This document shows, piece after piece, positions 36,139 through 48,700 of a stretch of DNA of 64,000 nucleotides. Under the pieces are notes generated by a model that saw nothing but the letters and a program-made list of their open reading frames with translations, was not told where the DNA came from and did not search any database. The position numbers and the translations under genes were made by a program. The stretch lies in assembly GCA_001179505.1 (NCBI GenBank), contig CDMY01000708.1, positions 62,001 through 126,000 of the forward strand, read 5' to 3'. Position 1 is the stretch's first letter, and each line of letters starts with the position of its first letter. This DNA is from Vitrella brassicaformis CCMP3155. Taxonomy: Eukaryota > Protista > Chromerida.

Positions 36139-37461
36139 ATGCGGGTGTTTTCGGTCCTCCCGCTGATTTTCACCGCCTCCTATGGGCAACCGTACATCGG
36201 CGGGGAAGTGTACTGCGGCGAGACCATCATAACATGGTGCTTTCCAGCGAATTCTGATTACGCGTGGCCGGCGGACCAGCCAAAACTGTCGTGGGGCAAT
36301 GGGTCAAGGAACTTGGCAACGCAGCTGACAGGACCAAGTTTCAAGTTGGACAACGGCTGCTGGTCCTTCAACACCACTGAGACCGATGGCACCGACCAAG
36401 TCACGTGCATCCAGCAGCCCATCCCTAACCCGAACTACAACCCCTGCGAGGCAACGATTGAGATCTCAGAGGACTGGTACAACGTCACAAACACCGTTGG
36501 CATCCAGCCCGGGGATGTAGACAACCCACTGCCAGGCGACGTCACTCTACAGAACTTCTACTCGACGCAGAAATGTGTCTACGCGAGGACATACCAGAGG
36601 GGAGCCGAAATTCAGACATATACGGCGCAAGACGTCACCTTGCAGGTAGGTAGGTCAGCCCATCCATCCACCAGCGTGTGTTGCACTCACGATTGCGTGC
36701 AGGGGTACGGCGAGTTCATTGTCGACTTCCTCGCCTGCGGCAAGCTCGACAACCCCGACCAACTGTGCAGCGACAGTGACATGTATGATGGGGGAGCGGA
36801 ACCCAAGCTCTCTCGCACCGGCAAGCTCTACTTCCGATCGTGCATCAAGGGTGTCGAGGGTGCAGACCTTCACCTGGCCTTGCGCCACTGCTCCTCGCAC
36901 AACAGCGACCCCCGCGCTCCCCCAACCGCCACCAACACCACGCTTGTCACCGACTATTGCGGCAGCAGGGTCTTCACTGACAGCAGCGGAAGAAATCACG
37001 TGACAAAGACCTTCGTCGGCACAGCCCAGCCCCTTTCCCAGTGCGGCATCCTTGAAGTCGGCTCCCATCGGTATGTGGAATCGGACATTCTCTATGTAAC
37101 GTGTGTCGTCACCGTGTGCACCGCCGCCAAGTGCAGCAACCTCAAAGACACAGCAGAGGACGGTGACACGTGCCGACAGGATTGGTCAGCGCCGCCAAAT
37201 GCTGACCGATTGAGACGGCTGTCCAACGGGGAGGCGGAGGAGGGGATTGATTTCACAGAGGTGCTTATGCTGACGACTGGACGAGCGGATGGTCCTGTGA
37301 TCGACGACAAGGTGAGAGAGACACACATATATTATCACTTTGCCTCGTACTCTCATATCTGTCCACCGGTGTCTTTGCAGTCTGATGCTGTTGCTCTTGG
37401 TGGCGGCTTTGTGGTGTCCTCCCTTGCTGTGCTGGTCGGATTGCTGGGAGGACAGCCGTAG
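36139..37461 (+). CDS. Zona pellucida (ZP)-module-like secreted, probably GPI-anchored protein (3 exons; introns 36646-36702 and 37312-37380)
   Basis: Signal MRVFSVLPLIFTASYG. VYC..CEAT..KCVY, GYGEFIVDF, LYFRS, LHLALRHCSSHNSDP..LVTDYC, ILYVTCVVTVC..KC..TC, RLRR, DGPV, hydrophobic C-terminus. Confidence 0.78.
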   Translation: MRVFSVLPLIFTASYGQPYIGGEVYCGETIITWCFPANSDYAWPADQPKLSWGNGSRNLATQLTGPSFKLDNGCWSFNTTETDGTDQVTCIQQPIPNPNYNPCEATIEISEDWYNVTNTVGIQPGDVDNPLPGDVTLQNFYSTQKCVYARTYQRGAEIQTYTAQDVTLQVGRSAHPSTSVCCTHDCVQGYGEFIVDFLACGKLDNPDQLCSDSDMYDGGAEPKLSRTGKLYFRSCIKGVEGADLHLALRHCSSHNSDPRAPPTATNTTLVTDYCGSRVFTDSSGRNHVTKTFVGTAQPLSQCGILEVGSHRYVESDILYVTCVVTVCTAAKCSNLKDTAEDGDTCRQDWSAPPNADRLRRLSNGEAEEGIDFTEVLMLTTGRADGPVIDDKVRETHIYYHFASYSHICPPVSLQSDAVALGGGFVVSSLAVLVGLLGGQP

Positions 37462-37619
37462 CTGTGTGTGTGTGATTTCGGGCGGGCAGTTGGACACTCA
37501 TCGATCAAGTCATATGCTTTACTATACAGACATGCATAGTGAGTAAGACATACATACGTATACACACTGTGAACGTCTCTCATTTCAACGAGTCCATCGG
37601 TGAGTGTCTCGTGATATCG

Positions 37620-38642
37620 ATGGCCAGCCAGAGCGGCGACGGCCAGCCGGACGGTGGCGACGTCGACAGTCCGAATTGCCAGCTGCGCGTGGTGTCCCAG
37701 GGCGGCCGGGCAGAGCATGAGGACAGCGGCCTGAAGTGCTCCCTGTCGAGCAAGCGGCACTTTGACGAGGCGACGCTCAGCTTCAATACCCTGCTGTATG
37801 TGCAGATCACCAACACGGGCAAGAGACACATCGAACTCATGTGAGTGACTGAGTGAGTGAGTGAGTGAGTGATGCTGACCACAAAACACCGGAGACACAC
37901 GATGGTGTCTCTGTGTGTGTGTGTCTCTGTGTTGTGCGTCTAGAATGCTCACCTACAAGTTCAAAGGTGCACAATGCTTGCGCGGCATTGGATTGTGCAT
38001 TTTCTTCTCAGCAGCTGTGTAAGTAATGATATCTCCTGTGTGTGTCAGACCCATGGAGCGGCCACGGTGCCCCGACGCACATACACACTCACGATCCACT
38101 CACAATCCACAGGTGCACAGTCTGGTGTTCAGTTCGCCGGTTTGTGAAGAGTCTGCCTTGCCTGCTCCACCCAGCCGACGGCAGCCAGCGGAAGGACGAC
38201 GGCGTTCGCTCCTTCAAGTCCGTGACGTACGCTGCCAGAATGGCCGAGGACAAGAAGGCAAGACAAGCAGACAGAACACATCCATCCATTTGTGTGACTT
38301 CATGTGTGTGTCTCTTCCGATCAGATCCAGCGCGATAGCTTCATCTGTGAGCTGCCGGAGCCAGAGCAGTCCGACGGTGACTCTGAGGTCGAAATCGTCC
38401 TCACAGTCCACTTCAGATCGCACCATACCAGGTTTGTTATCTATAGTGCACACGCATGTCTGTGTCTCTCTCAGTGCGCATGCGGATGTATGTGAATGTT
38501 CAGGTCGATTGCCCGACAGCGTTGCTCGTCTTTCTGTCTCGATGTGCTGTCCGAGGCAGCATCGACAGGGAAGCGGACACTCTCGCCCTCGAGGCAGTCC
38601 ACCAGCACCGACCAACAAATCAAGAAGTCGAGACACGGCTAG
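37620..38642 (+). CDS. Hypothetical protein (about 6 small exons)
   Basis: Spliceable exons CQLRVVSQ..LYVQITNTGKRHIEL|IMLTYKFK|DPWSGH..|..|IQRDSFICELPE..VEIVLTVHF|..KKSRHG*. Start and one junction uncertain. Confidence 0.5.
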
Positions 38643-39087
38643 ACAGACACACACACAGAGGCAGACACGTGCAAGCAGACAGAGAGACAGACAACCGTGG
38701 TGAGTGGGTGGAGTGAACTCGACTGCAGAGGTGTGAGCGAGAGGGACATGATGTGAGCGGACACAGATGGACAGATTAGGTGAATAGCGAATCGATCCAC
38801 CTTGAGACAAATGACATGTAGAGGTCCATGAGTGAGTGGCATCGATCTGACTGGCTGGCGTCACTTTGAATGAATCGACTAAGCAACCACATCGGTCAAT
38901 CGATCTTCCCATCATCCTACCCAACCCACCCCATTCAATATTGGCATGCAGTATTTCCATACATGCAGTATTTCCATACTCCTGCATGCAGTCATGCAGT
39001 CGTGACTGCATTGCCCACACACACGTACCACACACACGCGCATACGCATACGGGCGGGCAGCTATACTACGGCCAGACTTGCTCCTC

Positions 39088-42000
39088 TCAGTGGGTGGAT
39101 GAGTCGCTACGCATCGACCCCACCGGCCTCGGCGCCACCGGCGAGTCCCCTGAGGCAGCAGGGGCTGCCGCTACTGCGGTGTCCGCCTCCTCGCCATCAT
39201 CTGCAGGCTCCTGGGGCTGCTGCTGCTGCTGCTGGTGGGTGTAGGCGCCTGTGTCGCTTTGGTCCTGCTGCTGCATGATGGCCAGGAGGTTGTCGCGCAT
39301 GGCATCCACCTCCACCGACAGACTCTTGCGTTTCCCGTGGCCGCTGTGGGCAGCCCCTGGAGAGTCTGATGGATGGACGGTTTGGGGCAACAAACACACG
39401 TACAACCCATATATATCAATGTGGGCTCTCACCACATCTCGTGCTTACTCGTCAGGTCGTATGGTCTGCGGATGGACTCCTCGTCTGAGCCCCGATGGAC
39501 GTTGGAGCTGAGCGATGCGCGAGGGAGGTGGGGCACCAGAGCCATCAAGCTGGGCACACCGACAGACACCGAGAGAGAGACACATACACGTACGTCAATA
39601 TCCCCACCCACTTCTCTCCCACCTGATGAGTTCGTTGGTCCTCCGTTCCGCCAGGCGGCGCATGCGCGCCAGCTGCTGCAGCAGCTGCTCCTCACGCTCA
39701 TTCTCCTCACTAACCCTCACCCCACCATTGCCTTTCTCCACCACCTGCGCCCCGGGCGACCGTGGGCCGTGCTCACGGCCGGCCATGGCCATCTTGGTTG
39801 GCCTGCCTGTGGGCGTCTTGGGCCGCGACTTGCCGTCGGCCTGTTTGTGTGAGTGTGTGGGGACGAGCCGGGAGCTGTGTGGGCCGGGTGGCTTGGGAGT
39901 GCGGCCGGTGAGGGAGGTCAGCTGGGCGGGCGTGAGGGGGGGCAGAGAGGGCAGGTAACTGCACACACACAGATTGCAGGCAGAGGCGCAAGCAAGCGAT
40001 GGATGGATGGATGGCTGCAATCTACCTGTTGTCATGGTCGAGTGGCTGGTCATGGTCGTCGGACTGCGTGATGGCCGCCCGCAGGTCAGCGAGCACCCTG
40101 AACTCCTGCAGATCGTTCTCGAGCATGGCGCACCGATCCTGCAGCGCATAGTTGGCCTCTTGCATCGCCCGCATCTGGTGTGCACACACAGTCAACAAAC
40201 ACATCAGCCAGCCATGCAGAGCGTGAAACGGGCAACGAGCGAGAGACGTGGGCAGGGCACGTGCCGACCTCGTCTTTGAGTCTGTGTAGGTACTGTATCC
40301 TCTGTGCCGTATTAGAGTGGCCTGACAGCCTGGCGTTGGCGGCCTCCATCTCGTGAACACGCTCCAGGGCCTGCTGCAGACGGGCGCTCGCACTACACAC
40401 ACACACACACACACACACACGTGTGGGTTTGGCTGCTTTGTGTGGGGGGGGGGGTCCGCGCACCGGTCTCTGTCGGCTTTGGCGTGCCCCAGCTGGACCG
40501 AGAAGATCTGTGTCTGCTTCACCAGCGACAGGCTCTGCTGACGAAGCTTCTGCACATATGTGACAGCAACGCCGGACGGAAAGCAGAGTACACGGATGGC
40601 TCGTGTGTGTGTGGGGAGGGGGGGCGGGTGGTTTGTTGACCTCTATTTCGTCCATGAGTTCCTGCTGGTCGGTGCGCTGCTGTGTGAAGCGCGCCAAACG
40701 CCGCTCGTACTCTACGATCGTACGCTGCACACACACACACACACAGCCACACCAACCAATGCGCCAATGTGCCTGTGTGTGTCTCCTGGCTCCTTACGTC
40801 TTTTCTGTCCATGGCGACGCGTGCGTCGTCGAGGCGTCTGTCCATCTCGGCCTCCTTGTCCTGACCCCACGACACACACCACAGACAAGCTGAGCTGGCT
40901 GCCCCCGCTCTCCCCTCCAGCTGTTCATTCATCGCATCCACCCTGCCACCCACCGACCTGTAGGGCCTTTTCGGCGTTGATGACGACCGACTGCAGGTTG
41001 GCGTCCTTCTCGCTGATCGTTTGCTGGACCCATCCACCCATCCAATACCTCCAATGAATGCAGCGGTGTGTGTGTGTGTATTGTGTGTGTACCTTGAGCT
41101 CGGCCTCGAGTGCCCTGAGCGCCTCCTCTGTCTTGCTGAGGCGGTCCGCCAGGCCGTCGGCCCTCTCCCTCTCCAAATGCAACTCATTCTAGCAGACGCA
41201 CAGCCACATAACACCATCACAGCACGGCACAGTGGTGCAGTCCGGTGGGGTTCACAGTGCGCTACTCACCTCTTTGTTTACGATTTGCAGCTGCAGGTCT
41301 TGCGTCTCGTCGACCTTCTCCGACAGCAGGTTGCCCAGCTCATCCACCTCCTCACACTCGTTGTCCAAATCCTGTATATGTCCACACACACACATTCATG
41401 TGTGTGTGTGTGTGTATGTGTGTGGAGGGTCTTTGACTACCGCCATGAGTTCCTGGTATAGTTTGTTTTTGTCTTCCTCTGCCTGTTTGGTGAGGTTGAG
41501 CTGTTCCTCCTTGATGCGGACCTTCTCCCTCAGGTCCTCTATCATCATGTCCTTCTCGCGCTCACGCTCCTCCACACCCCTACACACACACACACACACG
41601 CGCATCGAAGCCTCTGTGTGTGTGCGGCTTGTGTCTGTCCGTCCATACTCTTTTGTGTCTAGTTCTATCCTGAGGCTGGCCACTTCGAGAGACCGACGGC
41701 GGCGACGCTCACGCTCCTCCTGCACACATGATACACACACACCGACACACACATGTATTGTATATGTCCACACAGGTCGGTGGGGTGGAAGGGATGGGTG
41801 TGCGTCCCTTGCTCACCTTGACAGCATGCGATAGCTGCTGCACCTTGTCGAGCTCCTGTATTATGTGAAGACACACGGGGGCGCACACACACCCATGCAG
41901 TGCAGTGCAGGTGGGCTCAGGGCGTGCTTTTCATGGCTTGTCGTGGCTTGTGTGGTGTTTACGGCTTCCTGCTCTGCGATTTTGTTGATGAGTTTCTTGA

Positions 42001-44886
42001 TCTCACTCTGTGCCTCGCACTCGCGATCGCGCGCCTCTGCATGGGGGCACACAGCGACAGCCACATACTCACAGAGTGGAGTGAGGAGGCGATTCCACAC
42101 ACAAAGGCTCCCCGACCGACCGTGCAGTTTGGCCCTGGTGGCGACAGCGTCGGCCTCGGCCGCACCCCTCGCCGCACGCACCGACTCCAACTCACTGCAG
42201 CAAAGACACATCCATCCATCCAAAGCTCCAGCCATCCGTTGGCCAAGTCTCACATATGACACTCCTACCTCTGTGTGGATCTGAGTGTGTCCTCGAGTGT
42301 CTCCGTCTGCGCCTTGAGGTCGTCGTGGGCCCGGTGCAGCACCGCCAGTGCGCTCCTCTCGCTCTGCAGGTCCTCCTTGGCTGTCCTCAGCTCCCACTCC
42401 ACCTCTGCCAGCACTGCAGTGATCTCCTGCTTGGCCGCTCGGGTGTCCGACAATGTCGACGACACGTGACTCAGCTCGCTGATCGACGCCAGGGAGGGGA
42501 GAATCGATGGCATACACACACACATACATAGAGAGAGAGAGAGATGCTGGAACAGGATGATTCCTTACTTCTTGAGTGCCTCCATGTCGATTTCCTGTCG
42601 GTCCCGGGCATGCTGCAGGTCGATCTGCTGCTCGGCCTGGTGGTGTGTACACGCACGTGGACACGTGCTTGTGCATTGCCATGTGCATACCAGTAGGTTC
42701 TTCTCGTTCTGGAGCCTCCGAATCTCACCCTCCTGCTCATCCTGCACACACACACACACACACACAGGCCGTCTGAGAGCTTTCCTGTGTGTCCCCATTC
42801 CACTGACTCACCCGGACTTCCTGCAGCAGCTGGCACTCTCTGGTGAGGTTATCGCGCTGGCTCTCCACAGTCGAGAGGCTCTCGCGCAGCCCAGCCAACT
42901 CCGACAGATACCCATCCCTCTCACTGCAGGTGGTGACACACAAAAGGGCCTACGATATGTGTGTGTACGCGTCTCTGTCTGTCTGCCTGTGTAGCCAATC
43001 CATGCGCTGCGTACCTCTCGTGCTGTGTCTTGAGCTGCTCCATCTGTCGGGCCTGAACGAGGGAGACAGACGGGCAACACAACACAACACAACACAACAC
43101 ACATCTATCTCTCTTTTTGTGTGTCGATTCAGTGCCTATCTGCAGACATACCAGGTCGGCATGCTCAGCCTGGCTGGCCTCGAGGCTCCTGCATTCAACG
43201 ATGGCACGTACACGCAGTCTGTGTGTCTGCTGCTGGTCTACACAGACGACCACCTTGCGAGTTCTTCGTGTGCTGCTTGTGTGTCGGAGAGGCTCTCGCG
43301 CAGACCTCCAATCTCCGACTCGTACGCATCCCTCTCACTACACACACAGAGGTAGGGAGTGCACAGAAGCTGCTCTGCTTTGTGGTGGCCGTGTGTCGAT
43401 CGGCATGGAACCTGTCGTATTGTGTCTTGAGCTGCTGCAGCTGCTGAGCCTGCAAAACAAAAGGGGAGAACAGATGTGCATGGCGCTGGTGTGATGGGTC
43501 CATCCATCCATCCACTCATGTTTGTGCATACCAAGTTGCCATGGTCGGATTGACTTGCCTCGAGGCTCCTGCAGCCGACAATGGCACATACACGTAGTCT
43601 GTCTCTCTGTGGCTTCGTGGTCTGCATACAAATTACATACCTGAAGAGCTCTTCTCTTGTACTCTGCATCTGCGACAGGCTGTCGCGCAGGCTCGCAATC
43701 TCCGACAGATACCCCTCCTTCTCACTGTACACACACACACACAGGCAGTGCACAAAGGCCGGGCGCCCTCTTCTGGATCCTCTGTCCACATACCTGTCGA
43801 ATTGTGCCGTGAGCTGCTGCAGCCGCTCGGCCTGCAAAAACGGGAGAACACATTGGCAGCAACACAGCCAAATGTGCATAGCTACATCCATCCATCCATC
43901 CATGTGTGTGTGTGTGTCAGTGTAATCCCGGAGTACCAGGTTGTCGTAGTCGGCTTGGCTCGCTTCGAGGCTCCTGCAGTCGAAGGCACGTACACGTCGA
44001 TGATTCATTCTGACCTCTCGTGTGTGTCTGTGGCTGGTCTGCAGACCTGGAGAGTTCTTCGCGTGCCGTCTGCATCTTGTGGAGGTTTTCGCGCAGCCCT
44101 CCCATCTCCGACTGGTATCCATCCCTCTCACTACGTCCACATAGACACACACACAAACACACAGATGCAGCTCGCTGCCTTCTTTGCGTCTATGTCTGCG
44201 CGCGCACCGCTCGTGTTGTATCTTCTGCTGCGCCTGAAAGAGGGAGAGAGAGAGAGACAGGGAGAGAGGGAGGGAGGGAGAGGGGGAGGGCGACACAGAC
44301 GCCAGTGTCTGTCTGTCCCTGTAGGGGTACATATGTGCTACGTGAAGGCACACCCACCAGGATGACACACTCGGCTTGACTGTCGTCGAGACTCCTGCAC
44401 GCAGCACACACACAACGCAGAGAGTTGCAAAGTCTCGGTCACTATGTGTCCGTCATACTTCTGTGTGGATCTGAGTGTGTCCTCGAGTGTCTCCTTCTGC
44501 GCCTTGAGGTCGTCGTGGGCCCGGTGCAGCACCGCCAGTGCGCTCCTCTCGCTCTGCAGGTCCTCCTTGGCTGCGGTGAGCTCCGTGTGCATCTCCTGCT
44601 TGGCCGTTCGCGTCTCCGCCAACTCGCTGCACACAAACCCATACACACAGGGGTGGGTGGGGTGAATGGGGTGGGGTGCTCTTGTGCTCACCTTTTGAGC
44701 GCCTCGATGTCGGCCTCTTGACGTCCACATGTGTGCTGCATGTCGATCTGCTGCTCGGCCTGGTTGGATGGATAAAGAGTCAATGAATGCCAGGGAGGGA
44801 GGGAGAGAGGGACGGATCTATGGGCGAAAAGGTACCAGTAGATTCTTCTCGTTCTGGAGCCTCCGAATCTCACCCTCCTGCTCATC

Positions 44887-44920
<34 letters not shown>

Positions 44921-47900
44921 GCCGTCTGAGAGCTTTCCTGTGCATCCCCATTCCACTGACCCACCCGGACTTCCTGCAGCAGCTGGCACGCTCTGTTGAG
45001 GTCATCGCGCTGGCCTTCCACAGTCGAGAGGCTCTCACGCAGCCCAGCTATCTCCGACAGATACCCATCCCTCTCACTGTACCCAGCCAGGGTGTCATTT
45101 TCATATATAGAACCCTTGCTCTGACGTGTGGTCTCACTTTCTGAGTCCTTCGATGTCGGCCTCGTGGCGGCTACATGTGTGCTGCAGGTCAGTGTGCTGG
45201 TCGACCTGGTTGGACGATGAGTGGATAAGGGGGAGGGAGAGACACGTGTGTGTGTGTGTGTGTGTCACGTCTGAGCGCATGAATGACCTACCAGTAGGTT
45301 CTTCTCGCTCTGCAGTCTCCCCAACTCGCCCTCCTGCTCATCCTACACACACACAACACACACACATACACACATTATGTGCAGAGAAAGAGTAAGGAAA
45401 CGGTGGGTGTCCTATTGACTGACCCGGACTTCCTGCAGGGCCTGGCACTGCTTGGTGAGGGCATCGCGCTCACTCTGGACCTCTGCTATGTTCTCCTTTA
45501 GGGCAGCCACCTCCGATAGATACGCATCCCTCTCGCTGCACGCAGCCAGAGGGGTGAAAACACACACACACATAGAGAGAGAGAGACAGTGGCATTCATT
45601 TCGGTGGGGATGGTCGGCGGCCTGCCCTGCATGCCTGGCAACTTCTCTCCGCAGCGTATCCCTTTCGGCAGCCCGGCTCTCCACCTCAGCCAACGCGGCC
45701 CGCAACTGCTCATCCTGACAGAGACCCGCACAGACACACAGACAGACAAAGACGGACACGTCAAGTGTGTGTCGGCCCAACGACATACACGTGTGTGTGC
45801 ATGTGGTGAGTGTGGTGTCGTCGATTGCCGCAAGCAGGTCGGCAGCTATCTGAGTGAATCGCGTGAGTTGCGTGTTTACTTGGTGCTGGCGAGCCGCCGT
45901 CAGCTGCTGCACGTCGGCCTCGTGACGCAGCCTGGCCTCCTCAGCGTCACGCAGCTGCCTGTGGACGGACCGACGGACGGACGGATGGATGGACAGAGAC
46001 ATCAATGTGTGGGTGATGATATGTGTGTGCGTCCGTCCGTCCGTCCAATCATCTCACGTTTGCAGGGACTCCGCCAGTGCGCATTGCTGCTGCAGATCGC
46101 TCTCTAGCGAGGCCACACGAGCCACCTGATGGATGGAAGGCAGAACAACACAGAACACACACACACACACCGCTGTACAGTCAGTCATTGGGAGGAGATT
46201 TGTGTGGGTGGGTGTACCAGTTCCTCAGCCGACTCCTTGCTCGACTCCAGCTCCCTCCCCGCCTCACTCAGCTCACTGCGACCACATAGACCACACAATA
46301 TACAGCCCCCGAACGCGCCACTACTTCTCCCTCTCTCTCTCTCTCTCTCCCTCTGCCTTAGCACGTACATGGTGATTGCTGCGATTCTGTCATTGCAGGC
46401 GTCCCGTTCGTGTGTGAGGTCGGTGATATCGTGTCTCAGATTGGCAGTGAGCGCCTGCTCGTCGGCGAGTGCCTGCAGCTGGGTGTCGAGGCTCTCCTTC
46501 AGGTGCGCCAGCTGCTGCTGCAACTCGCACTCAACGGAAGACTTCTCACTCGCCTGAAGGAAAAACAAACAAGAGGGAGGGAGGGAGGGAGGGAGGATGG
46601 TTGCAGGGTCTCAGGGGTGGAACGGGTGGCTGTGGCTGACGAGTTTGTCTATGGCGTCTTGTTTGTGGTAGAGTGCCCCCTCGAGACGGGCGATCTGCGA
46701 GCTCTTTTCGGGGGTGGACAAGACGCACGCAAAAAAGAGGGACGTGGTGGCATGGGCGACACTGTGTGTGTGTGTGTGTGTGTGTGTGTTGTGTGTGTGT
46801 GTGTGTTTGCTTGGAGGGGCGCTTGCCTTGTCTTTGATGAGTGTGTCCTGCGCGTCTATGTCGGCATCCCACTTGGCCTTGGCAGCCTGTGCATCGAGAA
46901 AGCGGTGGTACTTGAACGTCATTCAGTGTGGGGGCGATATATGCATACGGCGAGTTGGTGTAGCTCCTCCTGCATGAGTTTCTGCTGCTCTCGCAACTCG
47001 CGCAGCGACTCGCTCTGCCTGCACCACACACACACACACACACATGAAAGCGGCCATGGCCACCACAAAGCCGTCGGTTCTTTGTCTGTGTGCCGCCCGC
47101 ACGTGTGTATTTGCTGCTCGAGCTCCCTTCTGCGGCGGTTGTTGTCGCTGATCTCGTGCAGCAGCCCAGACGTCACGTCCACCTTGTACTCCAACTCGTC
47201 ATGCAACGCGTCGATCTGCACACACACACACACACACACATCCATCCAGAGAGGTGCGGTGTCACACATACCTGTGCCTGTGTTTGTTTGAGCAGCTTCT
47301 CCATTCGCTCCAGGGCCGCCACCTTGTCCGCCAACTCCGAACGCAGACCAGCGATCTCAGCGCCCTTCTGCAAGAGAAACCGAAACACCCCAACCAATCA
47401 TGTCATGTGTATGTTTGATGTGGTGTGATGGGACGCGTTTACCTGCTGCATCTTCCTGTTGAATGTGTCGATCATCTCCTTGGCTCGCTTCTCGTCCTTG
47501 GCCTGCGCACCCAAACCAGCACATACACACACACCTCTCTCTGTGCGTTTGTGTGTGTGTGTGTGTGTCTTTGTGTCTGTGTGTCTGTGTACCTTTTCTG
47601 CGTTGAGTGCCTCCATGAGCGCTGCGATGTCGCTGTTCTTGAGGCGGATGATGTCGTTGAGACGAGCTACCTCGGCCAACTGACGCGAACAATCCTCCGT
47701 CAGCTATAGTAACACACACACATACACACAGAGAGAGGGATGGGTAGGATGGCACGTGGCACGACCACACACACTTGCCTTTACCGAATCCGCTTTCTCC
47801 TGTGCCGCCGCGATCTCACCCTGAACATACACACACACACACACACGCACGCATGTGTGTGTCTGCCTGTCTGTATAGGTGTCCCTGTGTCCCTGTGTGT

Positions 47901-48601
47901 GTACCGCCGCGAGTTCCTCCGCCCGCTTCTTCTCCTTGACCATCTCGTCCAGCTCACGCTGCAACTGCACACACAGACATTACACACAACACTCATCCAG
48001 AGACGCTCCCATGTCTATCTGGCTATGGTTAGGCTCTGCACGTATACCTCGTTGATGCGCCGCTTGAGATTGGTGACCTCATGGTGCAGCTGAAGGGTGC
48101 CACCGACGCCACACACACACACATACATCCCGCCCGTCCACTCGCCCACCGCTGCAACATACCTGCACGACGGACTCTCCGTGTCTGGGTGTCACCCCAC
48201 CCCGGCGCGACGAGAAGGACCGGGAGCTGCGATTCGATGACGCCACAGACGCCATGTCCACCGGCACTCCACCGACTGGCGATCCCGCGCCTTCTGCACA
48301 ACACAAGAAGAGGCCAAATCAGCTGGTACTGCTTACGTCTGTGTATTGTGCGGGGCACTACCTACCGGTTCTGGGTGAGCCGAATCTGGGGCTGAGTTCA
48401 AAGGTGGGTGCGCGAATCTCCCGGCCGTCGGGGACTTTGTACTCGCCAGGCCCGGGCGTCAAGCCATCTACGCAGCAACACACACAACACGCCGATGGAT
48501 GGATGGATGGATAGATCACCACACAGAGAGGCAGTCGGTGTGCCGTGTGTGTGCTATCTATTACCTGGTTCCTTGAACCGTCTGTCCCTCGGAAACATCA
48601 T
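39088..48601 (-). CDS. Large coiled-coil protein with HMMR/RHAMM-like N- and C-terminal motifs and internal exon-cassette repeats
   Basis: N-terminus MMFPRDRRFKEPDGLTPGPGEYKV..FELSPRF. Near the C-terminus RLSGHSNTAQRIQYLHRLKDE. More than 40 short E/Q/R/L-rich exons between. Confidence 0.75.
42270..45550 (-). repeat. Tandemly duplicated exon-intron cassettes within the coiled-coil gene
   Basis: ERDxYxSExxxLRExL exon about 6 times, CRSLEASQ exon 4 times, EQEGExxRLQxEKNLL 3 times. The AKEDLQSERSALAVLHRAHDDLKAQ exon is near-identical at about 42277-42385 and 44462-44572. Confidence 0.9.
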
Positions 48602-48700
48602 CCTATGGCTCCATATCTACGCGAAACACCTCGTGGAAAGCCCTCCCAGAATGCATTTACCGAGCGAGCTTGCAGATCGCCTACACACAACCCCATCTCC

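Noticed and set aside
36646-37380. Both ZP-gene introns are 3n and stop-free (57 and 69 nt), suggesting regulated retention
   Set aside because: Short 3n stop-free introns arise often by chance, the same is seen in the 788-3946 gene, and there is no evidence without RNA data.
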